DNA of 64,000 nucleotides from an uncultured Ruegeria sp. (GCF_947504215.1 NZ_CANNGO010000009.1:64264-128263), one strand, 5' to 3'. Shown: positions 50,319-60,979, counted from the first letter of the stretch. A program made the numbers and translations. The notes: generated by a model from the sequence alone, not told the origin.

Positions 50319-50926
50319 TGCGCAAGCCCTTCGGCGACAAAGGCAGATTTGGTGGATGGGCGGTTTGCAATCCGCGCCGTGTAAGCCGCGAGTTTGGGCC
50401 AGGTCGCAAGGTCAATCGCCTTGAAGTTGGCCCAGTTGACCAAAACGAAAACATACGCATCGGCGACCGAAAATTGATTACCAACCAGAAAATCCCGATC
50501 ATCCGCAAGAACAGTTTCAAGATAGTCGAGTTTTGTCGCCACTTTTGTCTGCGCCGCCTGTTTTTCTGCATCAGAGGAGCCGTCGGCAAACAGCGGGCCC
50601 CACGCCTTGTGTAACTCGGCCGCGGCGAAATTCAGGAATTGCTGCAGCCGGGCACGTTCGACGCTGCCGGGTGCTGGAGAGTAGGCCCGCTCAGGATTGC
50701 TATCTGCAAGGAACTGCAGGATTGCGACGCCTTCGCTCAGATGCTCTCCGCCGTCAGTTTCCAGAGACGGGACATAGCCGTTTGCATTGATGTCCCGGTA
50801 GTTTTGTCCTCTTTCGGTCTGACCAGCGACCGTGTCTACAGCCTCGATCTCAAAATCTGCACCGATTTCATACAGCATGATGTGGCTGGCGAGCGAGCAC
50901 GCGCCCGGTTTGTAGTAGAGTTTCAT
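50315..50926 (-). CDS. gst: Beta-class glutathione S-transferase
   Basis: MKLYYKPGACSLASHI, GYVPSL, SEGVAI, ELHK. Confidence 0.93.
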   Translation of the reverse strand: MKLYYKPGACSLASHIMLYEIGADFEIEAVDTVAGQTERGQNYRDINANGYVPSLETDGGEHLSEGVAILQFLADSNPERAYSPAPGSVERARLQQFLNFAAAELHKAWGPLFADGSSDAEKQAAQTKVATKLDYLETVLADDRDFLVGNQFSVADAYVFVLVNWANFKAIDLATWPKLAAYTARIANRPSTKSAFVAEGLAQ

Positions 50927-51003
50927 ATCAGTATCCTTTTTCTTGTTGCGCGCCTTTCGTAACAACGAGGTCGAGCATTTGATAATATCGAGTTTTCATG
51001 ATT

Positions 51004-51024
51004 ATGATCTTGAAAACAGATCAT
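51004..51024. promoter_or_regulatory. LysR recognition site
   Basis: ATGATC-N9-GATCAT dyad containing T-N11-A (51008-51020), between the divergent gst and lysR genes. Confidence 0.6.
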
Positions 51025-51035
51025 ATGAGTCACCA

Positions 51036-51926
51036 ATGACCCTTGACCAACTCAACGCCTTGGACGCAATTGTCGCCACTGGAACGTTTCGCGCTGCCGC
51101 AGAACGTCTGAACAAGGCGCAGTCTGCGGTCAGCCATCAAATTCGAAAACTGGAAGCTGAGCTGGGTTTTGATCTGTTTTCCAGGGATGCGTATCGCCCC
51201 AGCCTGACATCTGAAGGCGAAGTGTTTTTTCGCGAAACAGCGCGGGTGCTGGAACAGGTGCGCGGATTAAGATCGGTGGCCGCAGGACTGCAAAGCGCGC
51301 AAGAGCCCAGGATCTCTATCGCTATAACCGCCACTATGTCTTTAGACCCTATACTGGATGTACTTGGCGACACCGGGCGAACCTATCCCGGAACCCATAT
51401 TCAGGTTGCAACCGAAATGATGGGTGGACCTCTGGCGCGACTGATGGCGGGTGAGGCAGATCTGATCGTGGCTGGTCTGGACGGTGTACCGATAGATGAG
51501 GTCGAAGCCCTGCCGGTTGGAACGGTGACAATCCGGCCGGTTGCAAGCCCTGACTTTCCGGCGTCGCAACGCCCGGGAGTGAAATCAAGACGTGAGATGC
51601 AATCTTACACCCAGGTCATCGTGTCCGGCACAGGCGGTCGGGAGTTTGACCAAAGCCGGGATCTGCTGAGAGGTGGGCAGCGCTGGACTGTCTCTGATTT
51701 TGAAGCAAAGAAGTCTGTCATCAAGGCTGGTCTGGGGTGGGGCGGTGTCCCTGAGCATATGATGGCGACAGAGCTTTCGAATGGCACGCTGGTACCGCTG
51801 AACGTTGAGGGTTTTCCAACGCGACACACGGAAATTTTTGCAATCAGGCGACGTGACCAGCCTGTGGGCAAAGTTATGTCGCAGATTTGGGCGTCTCTTG
51901 ATGCGCAATCGTCAAGTAAACATTGA
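51036..51926 (+). CDS. LysR-family regulator
   Basis: MTLDQL..GTFRAAAERLNKAQSAVSHQI HTH. Confidence 0.93.
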   Translation: MTLDQLNALDAIVATGTFRAAAERLNKAQSAVSHQIRKLEAELGFDLFSRDAYRPSLTSEGEVFFRETARVLEQVRGLRSVAAGLQSAQEPRISIAITATMSLDPILDVLGDTGRTYPGTHIQVATEMMGGPLARLMAGEADLIVAGLDGVPIDEVEALPVGTVTIRPVASPDFPASQRPGVKSRREMQSYTQVIVSGTGGREFDQSRDLLRGGQRWTVSDFEAKKSVIKAGLGWGGVPEHMMATELSNGTLVPLNVEGFPTRHTEIFAIRRRDQPVGKVMSQIWASLDAQSSSKH

Positions 51927-52158
51927 ACGCCATGAGTAATGGATATGGATGGTCAGGCGCAGTTGGCCGCAGCTGCGCTGCTTGAATGAATGGATTGATT
52001 TCGATGGAGACGTCGGATCATTTCGAAAGCCAGCCAGACTGGCAGAGGTTGGAGCGCCGAGAAACGGGGCGAACTTAAACAGGCCAAATTCTTCGATCAA
52101 TTCGTTTTGTCGTATACAAACCTTGGGACAGGGGTTCTTGGGAACGGGGCGCGCCAAT

Positions 52159-53442
52159 ATGATTGTCGACTATATCCGCATTGGTCATGCGGCGGATGAC
52201 AGCCTGAGTACCAGGCGTTTGAAATCCATGTCGGTGGTCATCCTGACTGTCATTATGTGCATGGCCTCCGCCTTTTTCCTCGAACCAGAACGGTCAATTA
52301 TATACCGCGCGCTTGATGTGACCGTTGTCGTCACCATTTTGATCGGCCTGTATTTGTTGCATCGCACGCGAGACGTCGAGACAGTATTCTATTTCTTTGC
52401 TCCGGCCTTTCTGACTGTTCAACTGATTTTCATGCTGCTCAATGGAAACCGGGAAGGCGATGTGTTGCCATTTCTCGTAACGCCAGCTGCCGCAGTGGTT
52501 GTGCTTGGGCCAAAGCGGTCACGCCCGTGGTTTGGCCTATGTTTCCTTGTCATGCTGCTTCTGCCGATCTTCGATGGGGCCCTGCCAGAGATCGACCTGC
52601 CCATAAATCAAACATCGGCTAATCCTAGTGGATCATTGTTTCAATCACCCCTTAAACAGCCGATGGAGACAGGCGAAGGTCTGGCGATGACACTTGGTGT
52701 TTTCTTTGTCTATTTCCTAATTTTTTCTGGCTATCGACAGCTTGAAGCGGCACGCGAGCTCATTCTTGTGCAAAAGGCGCAGATCGAACACGAGTATCAG
52801 CGTTCAGAACGGCTGTTGGAGAATATCTTGCCCGCGCCCATTGCTGAGCGGTTGAAGCAGGAGCCTGACAAGATAATCGCCGACGATCTTTTGCAGGTTA
52901 CGATCCTGTTTGCGGACATCGTGGATTTTACACCGAGGGCGACACTTATGCGCGCGCCCGAGCTGGTGTCTTTTTTGAATCGTGTTTTTACACATTTTGA
53001 TGATCTCGCGGACAGGCACCAGTTGGAAAAGATCAAAACCATTGGCGATGCTTATATGATCGCAGGCGGTATGCCTGAACCCCGTCCGGACCACGCATCG
53101 GCTGTTGCTGATATGGCTTTGGAAATGCTGGCCGTTACAAAACAAATCAGTGACGAGATGGGAGAGACACTGGCCGTGCGGATCGGGATTCACACCGGTC
53201 CGGCCGTCGCCGGCGTGATCGGGACGCGCAAGTTCTTCTATGACGTGTGGGGCGACACCGTTAACACGGCTTCAAGACTGGAATCCTATGGATCGCCTGG
53301 CCGAATTCAGGTGAGCAAAGAGACCTACGAGATCTTGTCCGGCCACTATACGTTCGAAGAACGCGGGATCATTGATATCAAGGGTAAAGGTGAAGTTCAG
53401 GCATACTACTTGACTGGCGCTACTACGCGGGCGCCGCAATAG
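52159..53442 (+). CDS. Membrane-bound class III adenylate cyclase
   Basis: About 6 TM helices; FADIVDFT, KIKTIGDAYM (Lys) and YDVWGDTVNTASR (Asp) indicate ATP specificity. Start inferred at the ATG at 52159. Confidence 0.9.
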   Translation: MIVDYIRIGHAADDSLSTRRLKSMSVVILTVIMCMASAFFLEPERSIIYRALDVTVVVTILIGLYLLHRTRDVETVFYFFAPAFLTVQLIFMLLNGNREGDVLPFLVTPAAAVVVLGPKRSRPWFGLCFLVMLLLPIFDGALPEIDLPINQTSANPSGSLFQSPLKQPMETGEGLAMTLGVFFVYFLIFSGYRQLEAARELILVQKAQIEHEYQRSERLLENILPAPIAERLKQEPDKIIADDLLQVTILFADIVDFTPRATLMRAPELVSFLNRVFTHFDDLADRHQLEKIKTIGDAYMIAGGMPEPRPDHASAVADMALEMLAVTKQISDEMGETLAVRIGIHTGPAVAGVIGTRKFFYDVWGDTVNTASRLESYGSPGRIQVSKETYEILSGHYTFEERGIIDIKGKGEVQAYYLTGATTRAPQ

Positions 53443-53803
53443 CTCCGTCGCTAAAATGCCTGCAGGTGGGCGGTTATGCGTAGATGAGATCGGCATGTGT
53501 CTGGGCCTTTCAAATTGCGTCTGAATTTGCGTCATGCTCCAGGACGCATGACGTGCTAGGTCACTGCGATCAGCACATAGAAACACTTGTGATAATATTT
53601 AGCTTATTGTTCGTAAATACGGCACAATAACCCGTGACGCGCTAACCCGGCGCACAGGTGAGATGACTTTCTGTTGGCAGCGTCACCGCGTTAATTCTTG
53701 TAATTTCCATTAATAACTCGATGCGACAGCCGGATGTTTCTTGGAAAACCGGCAAGGAGTCGCTACGCTTGGTGGCAGTAAACTGTTAGAGAATTGTTAA
53801 CTC

Positions 53804-56371
53804 GTGCCAAAAACCTGTACACAAACCGTTTCGCTGAGCAAAGCTCAACTTTTCCTTACCTCGTCGATGGCGCTTGCTTTTGTAAGCGGATACGGGCGGG
53901 TAGCCTATGGTGGCAGCTGCACACCGTCTGGCGGGGGAACGTACCAATGCTCGGGTCCCGCATCAGCGGGCGACACGACGATTACGCTTAATTCTGGGGC
54001 TTCACCGCTGACGGCTACGACACAGCCTGGGTTTGGGCAGACGGTTTCGACTGGTCTCGCATTCAATCTGCGTTCGACCGATAGTATTTCTTTCACCGAT
54101 AACAACAGTTCAACGATTTCTGGTTCGACTATCGGAATCTACTCACGAAACACCGGAACCGGAGCGACAGCGATTACTGTCACTGGTGTAGTCACCGGAG
54201 TTGCGAACACGGCAATCTATTCGCTAAACGGTGCGACCTCGACCGACCTGACGATATCGACGGTCGATGTGAACGGGGGAGTTACCGGGATCAGTGGGCG
54301 CAATACTGGGACTGGTGCTTTGTCAATAACATCGACAGGCACTGTTTCCGGAACTTCGCAGGATGGGATAAACGCGCGAAATTCAGGAACCGATCTGACG
54401 ATCACAGCAGCTGCGGTCAGCGGCGGCAGAACGGCGATCTTTGCCGAAAATACTGGGTCGGGATCGATTTCGATCACAACTTCCGGCGCTGTGAACGGCG
54501 GCACGGGCGCGGGTATTGCCACCCAAGGTAACGCGGGCGCGGCGGTCCAGATCAATTTGAATTCAGGTAGCACTGTTGGTGCGACTTCAGGCACGGCGAT
54601 CACAAACGACGATTCCAACGCAACTGTCTCGGTAAATTCCGGCTCTGCAGTCAACGGCGCGATCAGTCTGGGCGATGGCAGCGATCTTCTGGACTTTTCC
54701 GGAGGTGATTTCAGCGGTGTCACCCTGTTCGACGGCGGGGACGACAACTCGGGCGGCGATGGCTTTGTCGATACCCTGCGGTTCGGCAGCAGCGGTTCTT
54801 TGAACGGCGCGAACGTGACCAATTTTGAAAGGTTCGAAGTTGTAAACAACGCGGTTGTGACGCTGACCGATAACACCCTGACAGCAGGTGACGGCGGTGC
54901 CGGAACCGGTATTTTCACGCAATCGGGTGGCGTCCTGCGGCTGAACTCAGGCGCAACAACTCTGAATGGCAATGTCAGCAATGGCGGAACGATTTCGGCA
55001 CAGAACGGGTCGGTCGGGGACATGATCACGGTCAGTGGCGATTTTGTCGGAAATGGCGGAACGGTCATGCTGGATGTTCAGCTTGGCGGTGATGGATCAG
55101 CCACTGACATCCTCCAAATTTCCGGGGATAGCTCTGGTTCGACGTTCGTTTCGGTCAATAATATCGGCGGGGCGGGTGCGCAGACCATCAATGGTATTGA
55201 GATCATTCAAGTCAGCGGTGTTTCAGGCGGAAGTTTTACCCTGAACGGCACCGCCCAGACGGCCAGCGGCGAACAGATCGTCGTCGCCGGCCCGTTTGGC
55301 TATCGTTTGGTTGAGACCAGTAGTGGCAACTTTGCGCTATCCAGCCTGGATGCATCAGGAAACCCGATCCTTGTCGGGGCCGGTGCTGCGGCCTTCGAAA
55401 CGTTGCCATCTGTCCTGCTGTCGATGAACCGGCTGCGCGGCTATCAGGCTCGCATTGCGTCGCGTTTACCGGCAGGGCCTTCTGACGGCGGTACGGTTAC
55501 CAGATTGACGGCCCCCTATGGCACAAGTGGCGACGTGTTGGCCTATCCTAATAGCCCGGTGTGGATCGAACTGAGCGGCAAGCGCAGCGACATAACGCCG
55601 GTCCAGTCCGAAGCTGGTATCACCAGTGTCCAGACCAACACCTACACCATCTCGGTCGGGGTCGACACAATTCTGACTGAACTGTCTAACGGCACATTGT
55701 ACGGCGGCGTGGGCCTGATTTACGGCGATGCATCAAGCACCGTCAGAACGGATCAGGGCGCCAGTGATATCGACACTGATTCACTCGGGTTGAACCTAAG
55801 CGCCACCTGGCTGGATGCCCGCGGCTTCTATCTGGATACGCAGCTTCAATACAACAACAACTCTAGCGATATCACAGACCCGACAACCGGTTTGGCACAA
55901 GATGACATCGACTCGGATCAATTTGCAGTGTCATTGGAGGTTGGTCGCCCGATCGAAGTTAACCCCGGACTGGTTCTGGTTCCTCAGGCGCAGCTTTCAT
56001 ACACCACGTTGGACGTGGATGACTTCACCGACAGTTCTGGCAATCAGGCCGCGTTTGAAGATGCCGAAAGCGTTCTGGCGCGGGTGGGATTGTCTGCCAA
56101 CAAGTGGTTTACGAATAGTCACGGTTCCGGCAGCTACTTTGGTCTGATCAACCTGTATCACGAATTTGATCCAGACACGCGGGTCTCGGTTGGCGGGATG
56201 AATTTTGACGAGGAAATCGATGACACCGCCATTGAATTGGGATTTGGCGCGCGTATGATCCTGAACGATAGGTACGAGCTTTCCGGTTCGCTAAACTACC
56301 TTACGGGTCTTGAGGACCTTGGGGAAAGTTATGAACTGGAGGCGGTATTGGGTCTGCAGGTCCGGTTTTGA
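53804..56371 (+). CDS. Autotransporter with Gly/Ser/Thr-rich beta-helical passenger
   Basis: Extended signal, repeats of GI.aRNtGT..LTI..V.GG, junction domain (LGGDGSATDIL), C-terminal barrel ending LQVRF. Confidence 0.88.
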   Translation: MPKTCTQTVSLSKAQLFLTSSMALAFVSGYGRVAYGGSCTPSGGGTYQCSGPASAGDTTITLNSGASPLTATTQPGFGQTVSTGLAFNLRSTDSISFTDNNSSTISGSTIGIYSRNTGTGATAITVTGVVTGVANTAIYSLNGATSTDLTISTVDVNGGVTGISGRNTGTGALSITSTGTVSGTSQDGINARNSGTDLTITAAAVSGGRTAIFAENTGSGSISITTSGAVNGGTGAGIATQGNAGAAVQINLNSGSTVGATSGTAITNDDSNATVSVNSGSAVNGAISLGDGSDLLDFSGGDFSGVTLFDGGDDNSGGDGFVDTLRFGSSGSLNGANVTNFERFEVVNNAVVTLTDNTLTAGDGGAGTGIFTQSGGVLRLNSGATTLNGNVSNGGTISAQNGSVGDMITVSGDFVGNGGTVMLDVQLGGDGSATDILQISGDSSGSTFVSVNNIGGAGAQTINGIEIIQVSGVSGGSFTLNGTAQTASGEQIVVAGPFGYRLVETSSGNFALSSLDASGNPILVGAGAAAFETLPSVLLSMNRLRGYQARIASRLPAGPSDGGTVTRLTAPYGTSGDVLAYPNSPVWIELSGKRSDITPVQSEAGITSVQTNTYTISVGVDTILTELSNGTLYGGVGLIYGDASSTVRTDQGASDIDTDSLGLNLSATWLDARGFYLDTQLQYNNNSSDITDPTTGLAQDDIDSDQFAVSLEVGRPIEVNPGLVLVPQAQLSYTTLDVDDFTDSSGNQAAFEDAESVLARVGLSANKWFTNSHGSGSYFGLINLYHEFDPDTRVSVGGMNFDEEIDDTAIELGFGARMILNDRYELSGSLNYLTGLEDLGESYELEAVLGLQVRF

Positions 56372-56869
56372 ATGATCACAAAAGTTAAGTCGCTGGCACT
56401 GGGCGCAGTCGCCCTTGGCGTCACACTGAATGCCGCCTTCGCACAAACGAAAGAAACGACATCGACCCAGTTTCAAAGCTGGACGGTGAACTGTGCCCAA
56501 GAGGCAGGGCAAAAGCAGTGCGCGATGAGCCAAAGCCTCAATTTGCAAAACCAATCCGGTCTTTTGTTGCGGATGGAGCTGCAGCGTGGCGAAGAGGATG
56601 GCGCATCTGGCATTATTATCGTTCCATTTGGTCTTGATATTGCCAAAGGTGTTTCACTGTCGATCGATGGAGGGCCGCGCTGGAATCTTCCGATGAGGAC
56701 GTGCCAGAACTTCGGCTGTGTTATCCCTGTGACAATGGGGCCGGCGATTGTCCAGGAGATGAAAGAAAGCAGTACAATTCAAATCTCACTTTACACGCTA
56801 GATGGCGGAAAGACCCTTGAGGTTCCGGTTTCTCTCGCAGGGTTTACGGCTGCATTCGATGCGCTTTGA
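56372..56869 (+). CDS. Invasion-associated locus B (IalB) family protein
   Basis: FQSWTVNC..QCAMSQ, PFGL..GV, CQNFGC, VSLAGFTAAF. Confidence 0.9.
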   Translation: MITKVKSLALGAVALGVTLNAAFAQTKETTSTQFQSWTVNCAQEAGQKQCAMSQSLNLQNQSGLLLRMELQRGEEDGASGIIIVPFGLDIAKGVSLSIDGGPRWNLPMRTCQNFGCVIPVTMGPAIVQEMKESSTIQISLYTLDGGKTLEVPVSLAGFTAAFDAL

Positions 56870-56884
56870 GCCTATGACGGGACC

Positions 56885-57976
56885 ATGACCCAAGACATTC
56901 TACAATCGGAAAGCCCGACCCAAAGCCCAACTGACACGCAGGTCGCTTATTCTGTCTCACCGGGCTTGCTTGGGTTTCTGGACAAACATGACCTTTCAAT
57001 CTGCTTAAGCTCCTACCAATCCGGTCGATTTTATCTGATTGGGCGAAACCCCAATGGTGGGATTATGATCAATGAGCAGGTTTTTGAGAAAGCCATGGGA
57101 ATTGACGTCAAGAATGGCTCGATCACGCTGGCGACCTTGTTTCAGATTCACCGGTTCGAAAACGTTTTGCGCGACGATCAAAGGATCGACACCCTTTTTG
57201 ATGCTTGTTTTGTACCCCGTCAGAGTTTCACGACGGGTGAGCTTGATGCCCATGATGTGGCGGTCACAGATGCCGGTCAGATACTGTTTGTGAACACGCG
57301 GTTCAATTGTGTTGCGACCGTTTCTGACAAACACAGTTTCGAGGTGGTTTGGAAACCTTCGTTTATCTCAAAAATAGCAGACGAAGATCGATGTCATTTG
57401 AACGGGATGGCGCTTGAAAACGGCGTGCTGGCCTATGTCACTGCTGTCAGTAAATCGGACACGATTGACGGTTGGCGAGACCGCCGCAGCCATGGTGGAG
57501 TTGTGATCGACGCCAGAACGGACGAGATTGTTTGTGATGGCCTGTCGATGCCGCATTCCCCTAGGGTGCATAACGACAGGCTTTATGTGCTGGATTCTGG
57601 TTCAGGACGTCTTGGGGAAGTTGTTCGGGATACGGGGTCAGACAAAGGCAGATTTGAAAAGATCGCGTTCTGCCCTGGTTTCGTGCGTGGATTGGCTTTC
57701 CATAACAACTTCGCAATCGTGGGCCTGTCAAAGCCGCGCTACGAACGGTTCGAAGGCCTTCCGCTGGATAAAAAGCTTCGCGAGGCGGATAGCGAACCTT
57801 GGTGCGGTGTTCAAATCATTGATTTGCAAAAGAAAGAAGTCGTCGCATGGTTTCGCATCGATGGCGCAGTACAAGAACTTTACGATGTAGCGACCTTGCC
57901 AAACGTGGGTTGTGGCATGTCACTCAGCTTTGTGACAGACCACATCAGATCCTTGGTGACCTACGAAGAAGACTGA
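56885..57976 (+). CDS. TIGR03032/DUF4915-like protein
   Basis: SSYQSGR, GELDAHD, FVNTRFNC, EDRCHLNG, LSMPHSPR, PGFVRGL. Confidence 0.88.
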   Translation: MTQDILQSESPTQSPTDTQVAYSVSPGLLGFLDKHDLSICLSSYQSGRFYLIGRNPNGGIMINEQVFEKAMGIDVKNGSITLATLFQIHRFENVLRDDQRIDTLFDACFVPRQSFTTGELDAHDVAVTDAGQILFVNTRFNCVATVSDKHSFEVVWKPSFISKIADEDRCHLNGMALENGVLAYVTAVSKSDTIDGWRDRRSHGGVVIDARTDEIVCDGLSMPHSPRVHNDRLYVLDSGSGRLGEVVRDTGSDKGRFEKIAFCPGFVRGLAFHNNFAIVGLSKPRYERFEGLPLDKKLREADSEPWCGVQIIDLQKKEVVAWFRIDGAVQELYDVATLPNVGCGMSLSFVTDHIRSLVTYEED

Positions 57977-58049
57977 AGTCGCAAAGAGTGCGCGCAGCTC
58001 CACCTAAGTGATCCAATCAAATAGGCGGGGCTAATACATGGCTCAACCC

Positions 58050-60035
58050 CTAGCGGCGTTTTGGAACAGCGTTCCCACCCTTGGCGTTTTTTGCTGCAGC
58101 TGCGCGGGCGCGATTTTTCTTGCTGCTGGCTTTGCCTTTTGGGGGCGGAGGGCCTTTGGCGTCACTGCTGCGGGGTTTGGAATGGCTGTCCTTGACTGCT
58201 TCTTTTGTGGCGCTCTTAGGTTTGCTTTTGGCGCTTACCGCTGATGGTTTCCGACCCTTCAAAGGTGTCGGTGCGACCGTGTCTGTTTCTTTCGCCTTAG
58301 GCTTTTGCGCGAGCGGCTTCTTAGGCTTGCGATCCTCGGGTTTGGGTTTGCGACGCCGCGGTTCGGGTGCATCGTTCCAGTCAATCGGAGGCGTACTACC
58401 CTTGCGATGGCGCGGTTTTCCAGACGGCGCACGATCAGGTTTTGATCGGCTAAATGCCGGCAGGTCTGGTGCCTTATTCAGCTGCGCGATGCTCTTGGTC
58501 CCTTCGATCTTCATGTCAGGACCAATCGCCGTTAGAAAACGGTCGACAATAGAGGCTTTGATTTCGACATAAGACAAATCATCGACAATGCGGATCGCAC
58601 CGATATCGTCTTTGGTAATGTTCCCTGCTTTGCACACCATCGGCAACAAATGGCGAGGGGAGGCGTTCTGGTTACGCCCTTCTGACAGCGAAAACCAAAC
58701 ACTGGGACCAAATTCCGCCCGCGGTTTGGGTTTTTCTAACTGAACCGCACCAAGTTCTTCCGGAGCCGAGTGGCGTTTTTTGTATTGCCGCAAATAGGCT
58801 GCCGCAATCTGTTCCGGAGTGAACTTTTCAACCAACTGGTCGATTGTCGAACGTTCACTCTCGGCAATATCCGTCTGCCAATCCTCTGTTTCAAGCATAC
58901 GGACTTGGTCACGCTCGTTCACGTCATCAGCGGAAGGTGCAGATCCCCAATCGGCGCTTAGCTTGGCAAATTTAAGGATTCGCTCTGCCTTCTTGCGGGA
59001 GGACGGCACAACAACCAATGCACTTACGCCTTTACGCCCTGCGCGCCCTGTCCGACCAGAGCGGTGCAAAAGGGTCTCGTGGCTGTTGGGCAATTCTGCG
59101 TGAACCACCAGATCAAGGTTGGGCAGGTCAATGCCGCGAGCGGCCACGTCGGTCGCCACACAAACCCGTGCGCGTCCGTCGCGCATCGCCTGCAAGGCAT
59201 TGGATCGTTCGCTCTGGGTCAACTCACCAGACAGGGCCACAACCGAAAAGCCGCGGTTCGAAAGGCGGGCTGTCAGGCGCGATACCATCGCACGCGTGTT
59301 ACAAAACACAATGGCATTTGGCGCTTCGTAGTAACGCAGCACATTGATGATGGCGTTTTCACCGTCACGTGCGGCCACCTGCATCGCGCGATATTCGATA
59401 TCGGCATGCTGGGTCTGTTCGCTTACGGTCGATATGCGTTCTGCATCGCGCTGATAGCTTTTGGCGAGCTTGGCAATTGCGGCGGGAACCGTTGCAGAAA
59501 ACAGCAGGGTCTGCCGGTCTTTTGGCGTTTCATCCAGGATGAATTCCAGATCTTCGCGAAAGCCCAGATCCAGCATTTCATCTGCTTCGTCCAAAACAAC
59601 AGCGCGCACTTGGGTCAGATCGATCGATCCGCGCATGATATGGTCGCGCAACCGCCCCGGCGTAGCAACGACGATATGCGAACCACGAGCCAACGCGCGC
59701 CGTTCATCACGCATGTCCATGCCACCAACGCAAGATGCCAGAAAGGCCCCTGCATCCGCATACAGCCAGCCAAGTTCACGCTTCACCTGCAAGGCCAGTT
59801 CCCGCGTTGGTGCGATGACCAGTGCAAGGGGTGCGTCCGCCGCGCCGAATGTGTCACCATCGCCCAGCAAAGTAGGGGCAATTGCCAGTCCAAAACCAAT
59901 CGTCTTACCCGATCCGGTTTGGGCGGACACCAAAAGGTCTCGGCCTTCCAGCTCTGGTTGAGTGACTGCTTGTTGAACAGGGGTCAAAGCATCATAGCCC
60001 TTGCGGGCAAGTGCGTCGGCGATGGTTTTTTTCAC
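58050..60035 (-). CDS. DEAD-box RNA helicase with DbpA-type RNA-binding domain and basic tail
   Basis: AQTGSGKT, PTRELA, DEAD, SAT, HRSGRTGRAG, GAIRI, Lys/Pro-rich C-terminus. Confidence 0.95.
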   Translation of the reverse strand: MKKTIADALARKGYDALTPVQQAVTQPELEGRDLLVSAQTGSGKTIGFGLAIAPTLLGDGDTFGAADAPLALVIAPTRELALQVKRELGWLYADAGAFLASCVGGMDMRDERRALARGSHIVVATPGRLRDHIMRGSIDLTQVRAVVLDEADEMLDLGFREDLEFILDETPKDRQTLLFSATVPAAIAKLAKSYQRDAERISTVSEQTQHADIEYRAMQVAARDGENAIINVLRYYEAPNAIVFCNTRAMVSRLTARLSNRGFSVVALSGELTQSERSNALQAMRDGRARVCVATDVAARGIDLPNLDLVVHAELPNSHETLLHRSGRTGRAGRKGVSALVVVPSSRKKAERILKFAKLSADWGSAPSADDVNERDQVRMLETEDWQTDIAESERSTIDQLVEKFTPEQIAAAYLRQYKKRHSAPEELGAVQLEKPKPRAEFGPSVWFSLSEGRNQNASPRHLLPMVCKAGNITKDDIGAIRIVDDLSYVEIKASIVDRFLTAIGPDMKIEGTKSIAQLNKAPDLPAFSRSKPDRAPSGKPRHRKGSTPPIDWNDAPEPRRRKPKPEDRKPKKPLAQKPKAKETDTVAPTPLKGRKPSAVSAKSKPKSATKEAVKDSHSKPRSSDAKGPPPPKGKASSKKNRARAAAAKNAKGGNAVPKRR

Positions 60036-60328
60036 GACGGAGGTTCTTTGTATAAGACAGGTGGTGGGCCGTGCAGCATGGCAAAAGGCGCATCATCCAA
60101 GGTTAAAGACAGTCCTCTAACGGTTGGCACAGGGTTTGTATAGGCAAGGTTTTCTGAGTGCTGGCGAGCCTGGCTGGTTTCACTAAACCGAAATCTCCCG
60201 TCTTGCCTTCGCTACGACGAACAGGTTCCATCATTGTGAAATCGCAAATCCACCGCCGCGAAGCCTAACGCATTGCGTTCCAACAGTTTCTCAGCACGAG
60301 GTTTTGGCGCTGTGCGAGCCAGACCAGA

Positions 60329-60964
60329 TCATTCAGCGTGGTGAGTTGCCTTTTTTTGCAGAACAAGAAACGTCATCATCTTCATGGGCGGCAGCGAATC
60401 TTTCTTGACGACTTCAAGGCTGGGCTCTTTCAGGACCGTATTGATCTTGAAATCAGAATGCCAGCCCAGCACGTTGGCAAAAGGGGCTGAGAGCTTTTCC
60501 ACAACCGACAAAACCCCGGTTTCGCGAGCAAAATGGTTGGTAATGATGATCTTTCCACCCGGTTTGCACACCCGTGCCATCTCGGCGACCACACGCTCTG
60601 GTTCCGGAACGACCGAGACAATGTGCATAGCAGTGACAGCGTCGAAACTATTGTCGGGAAAAGACAGATCGCGGGCGTCCATCTGCAGAAGGGCTTCAAC
60701 CTGAGTCAAACCGAGATCTTGCACCTTCTTCTTCGCTTTTGCTAACATTTCGGCGCTGAAATCAACTCCGGTGATCTGAAGATCGGAACGATAGTGCCGT
60801 AGGGCCAACCCGGTTCCGACCCCGACTTCTAAGACCTTCGTACCCGTTTGCGCGTTGATGTAATCGACCGCTGCCCGTCGCCCTGCTTTCGTCGCGGCGC
60901 CAAACGTTTTGTCATAAACCGGCGCCCACCGGGCATATGAGGATTTAACGGCATGAATATCCAA
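60329..60964 (-). CDS. pmtA: Phosphatidylethanolamine N-methyltransferase (Rhodobacter type)
   Basis: YARWAPVYD, VLEVGVGTG SAM motif, operon with psd-pssA. Confidence 0.85.
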   Translation of the reverse strand: MDIHAVKSSYARWAPVYDKTFGAATKAGRRAAVDYINAQTGTKVLEVGVGTGLALRHYRSDLQITGVDFSAEMLAKAKKKVQDLGLTQVEALLQMDARDLSFPDNSFDAVTAMHIVSVVPEPERVVAEMARVCKPGGKIIITNHFARETGVLSVVEKLSAPFANVLGWHSDFKINTVLKEPSLEVVKKDSLPPMKMMTFLVLQKKATHHAE

Positions 60965-60979
60965 AGGACTGTCCTCTTT

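Noticed and set aside
60036-60328. Possible sRNA or riboswitch in the 290-nt spacer upstream of the DEAD-box helicase
   Set aside because: No recognisable family motif or convincing terminator; would need an Rfam/Infernal search.
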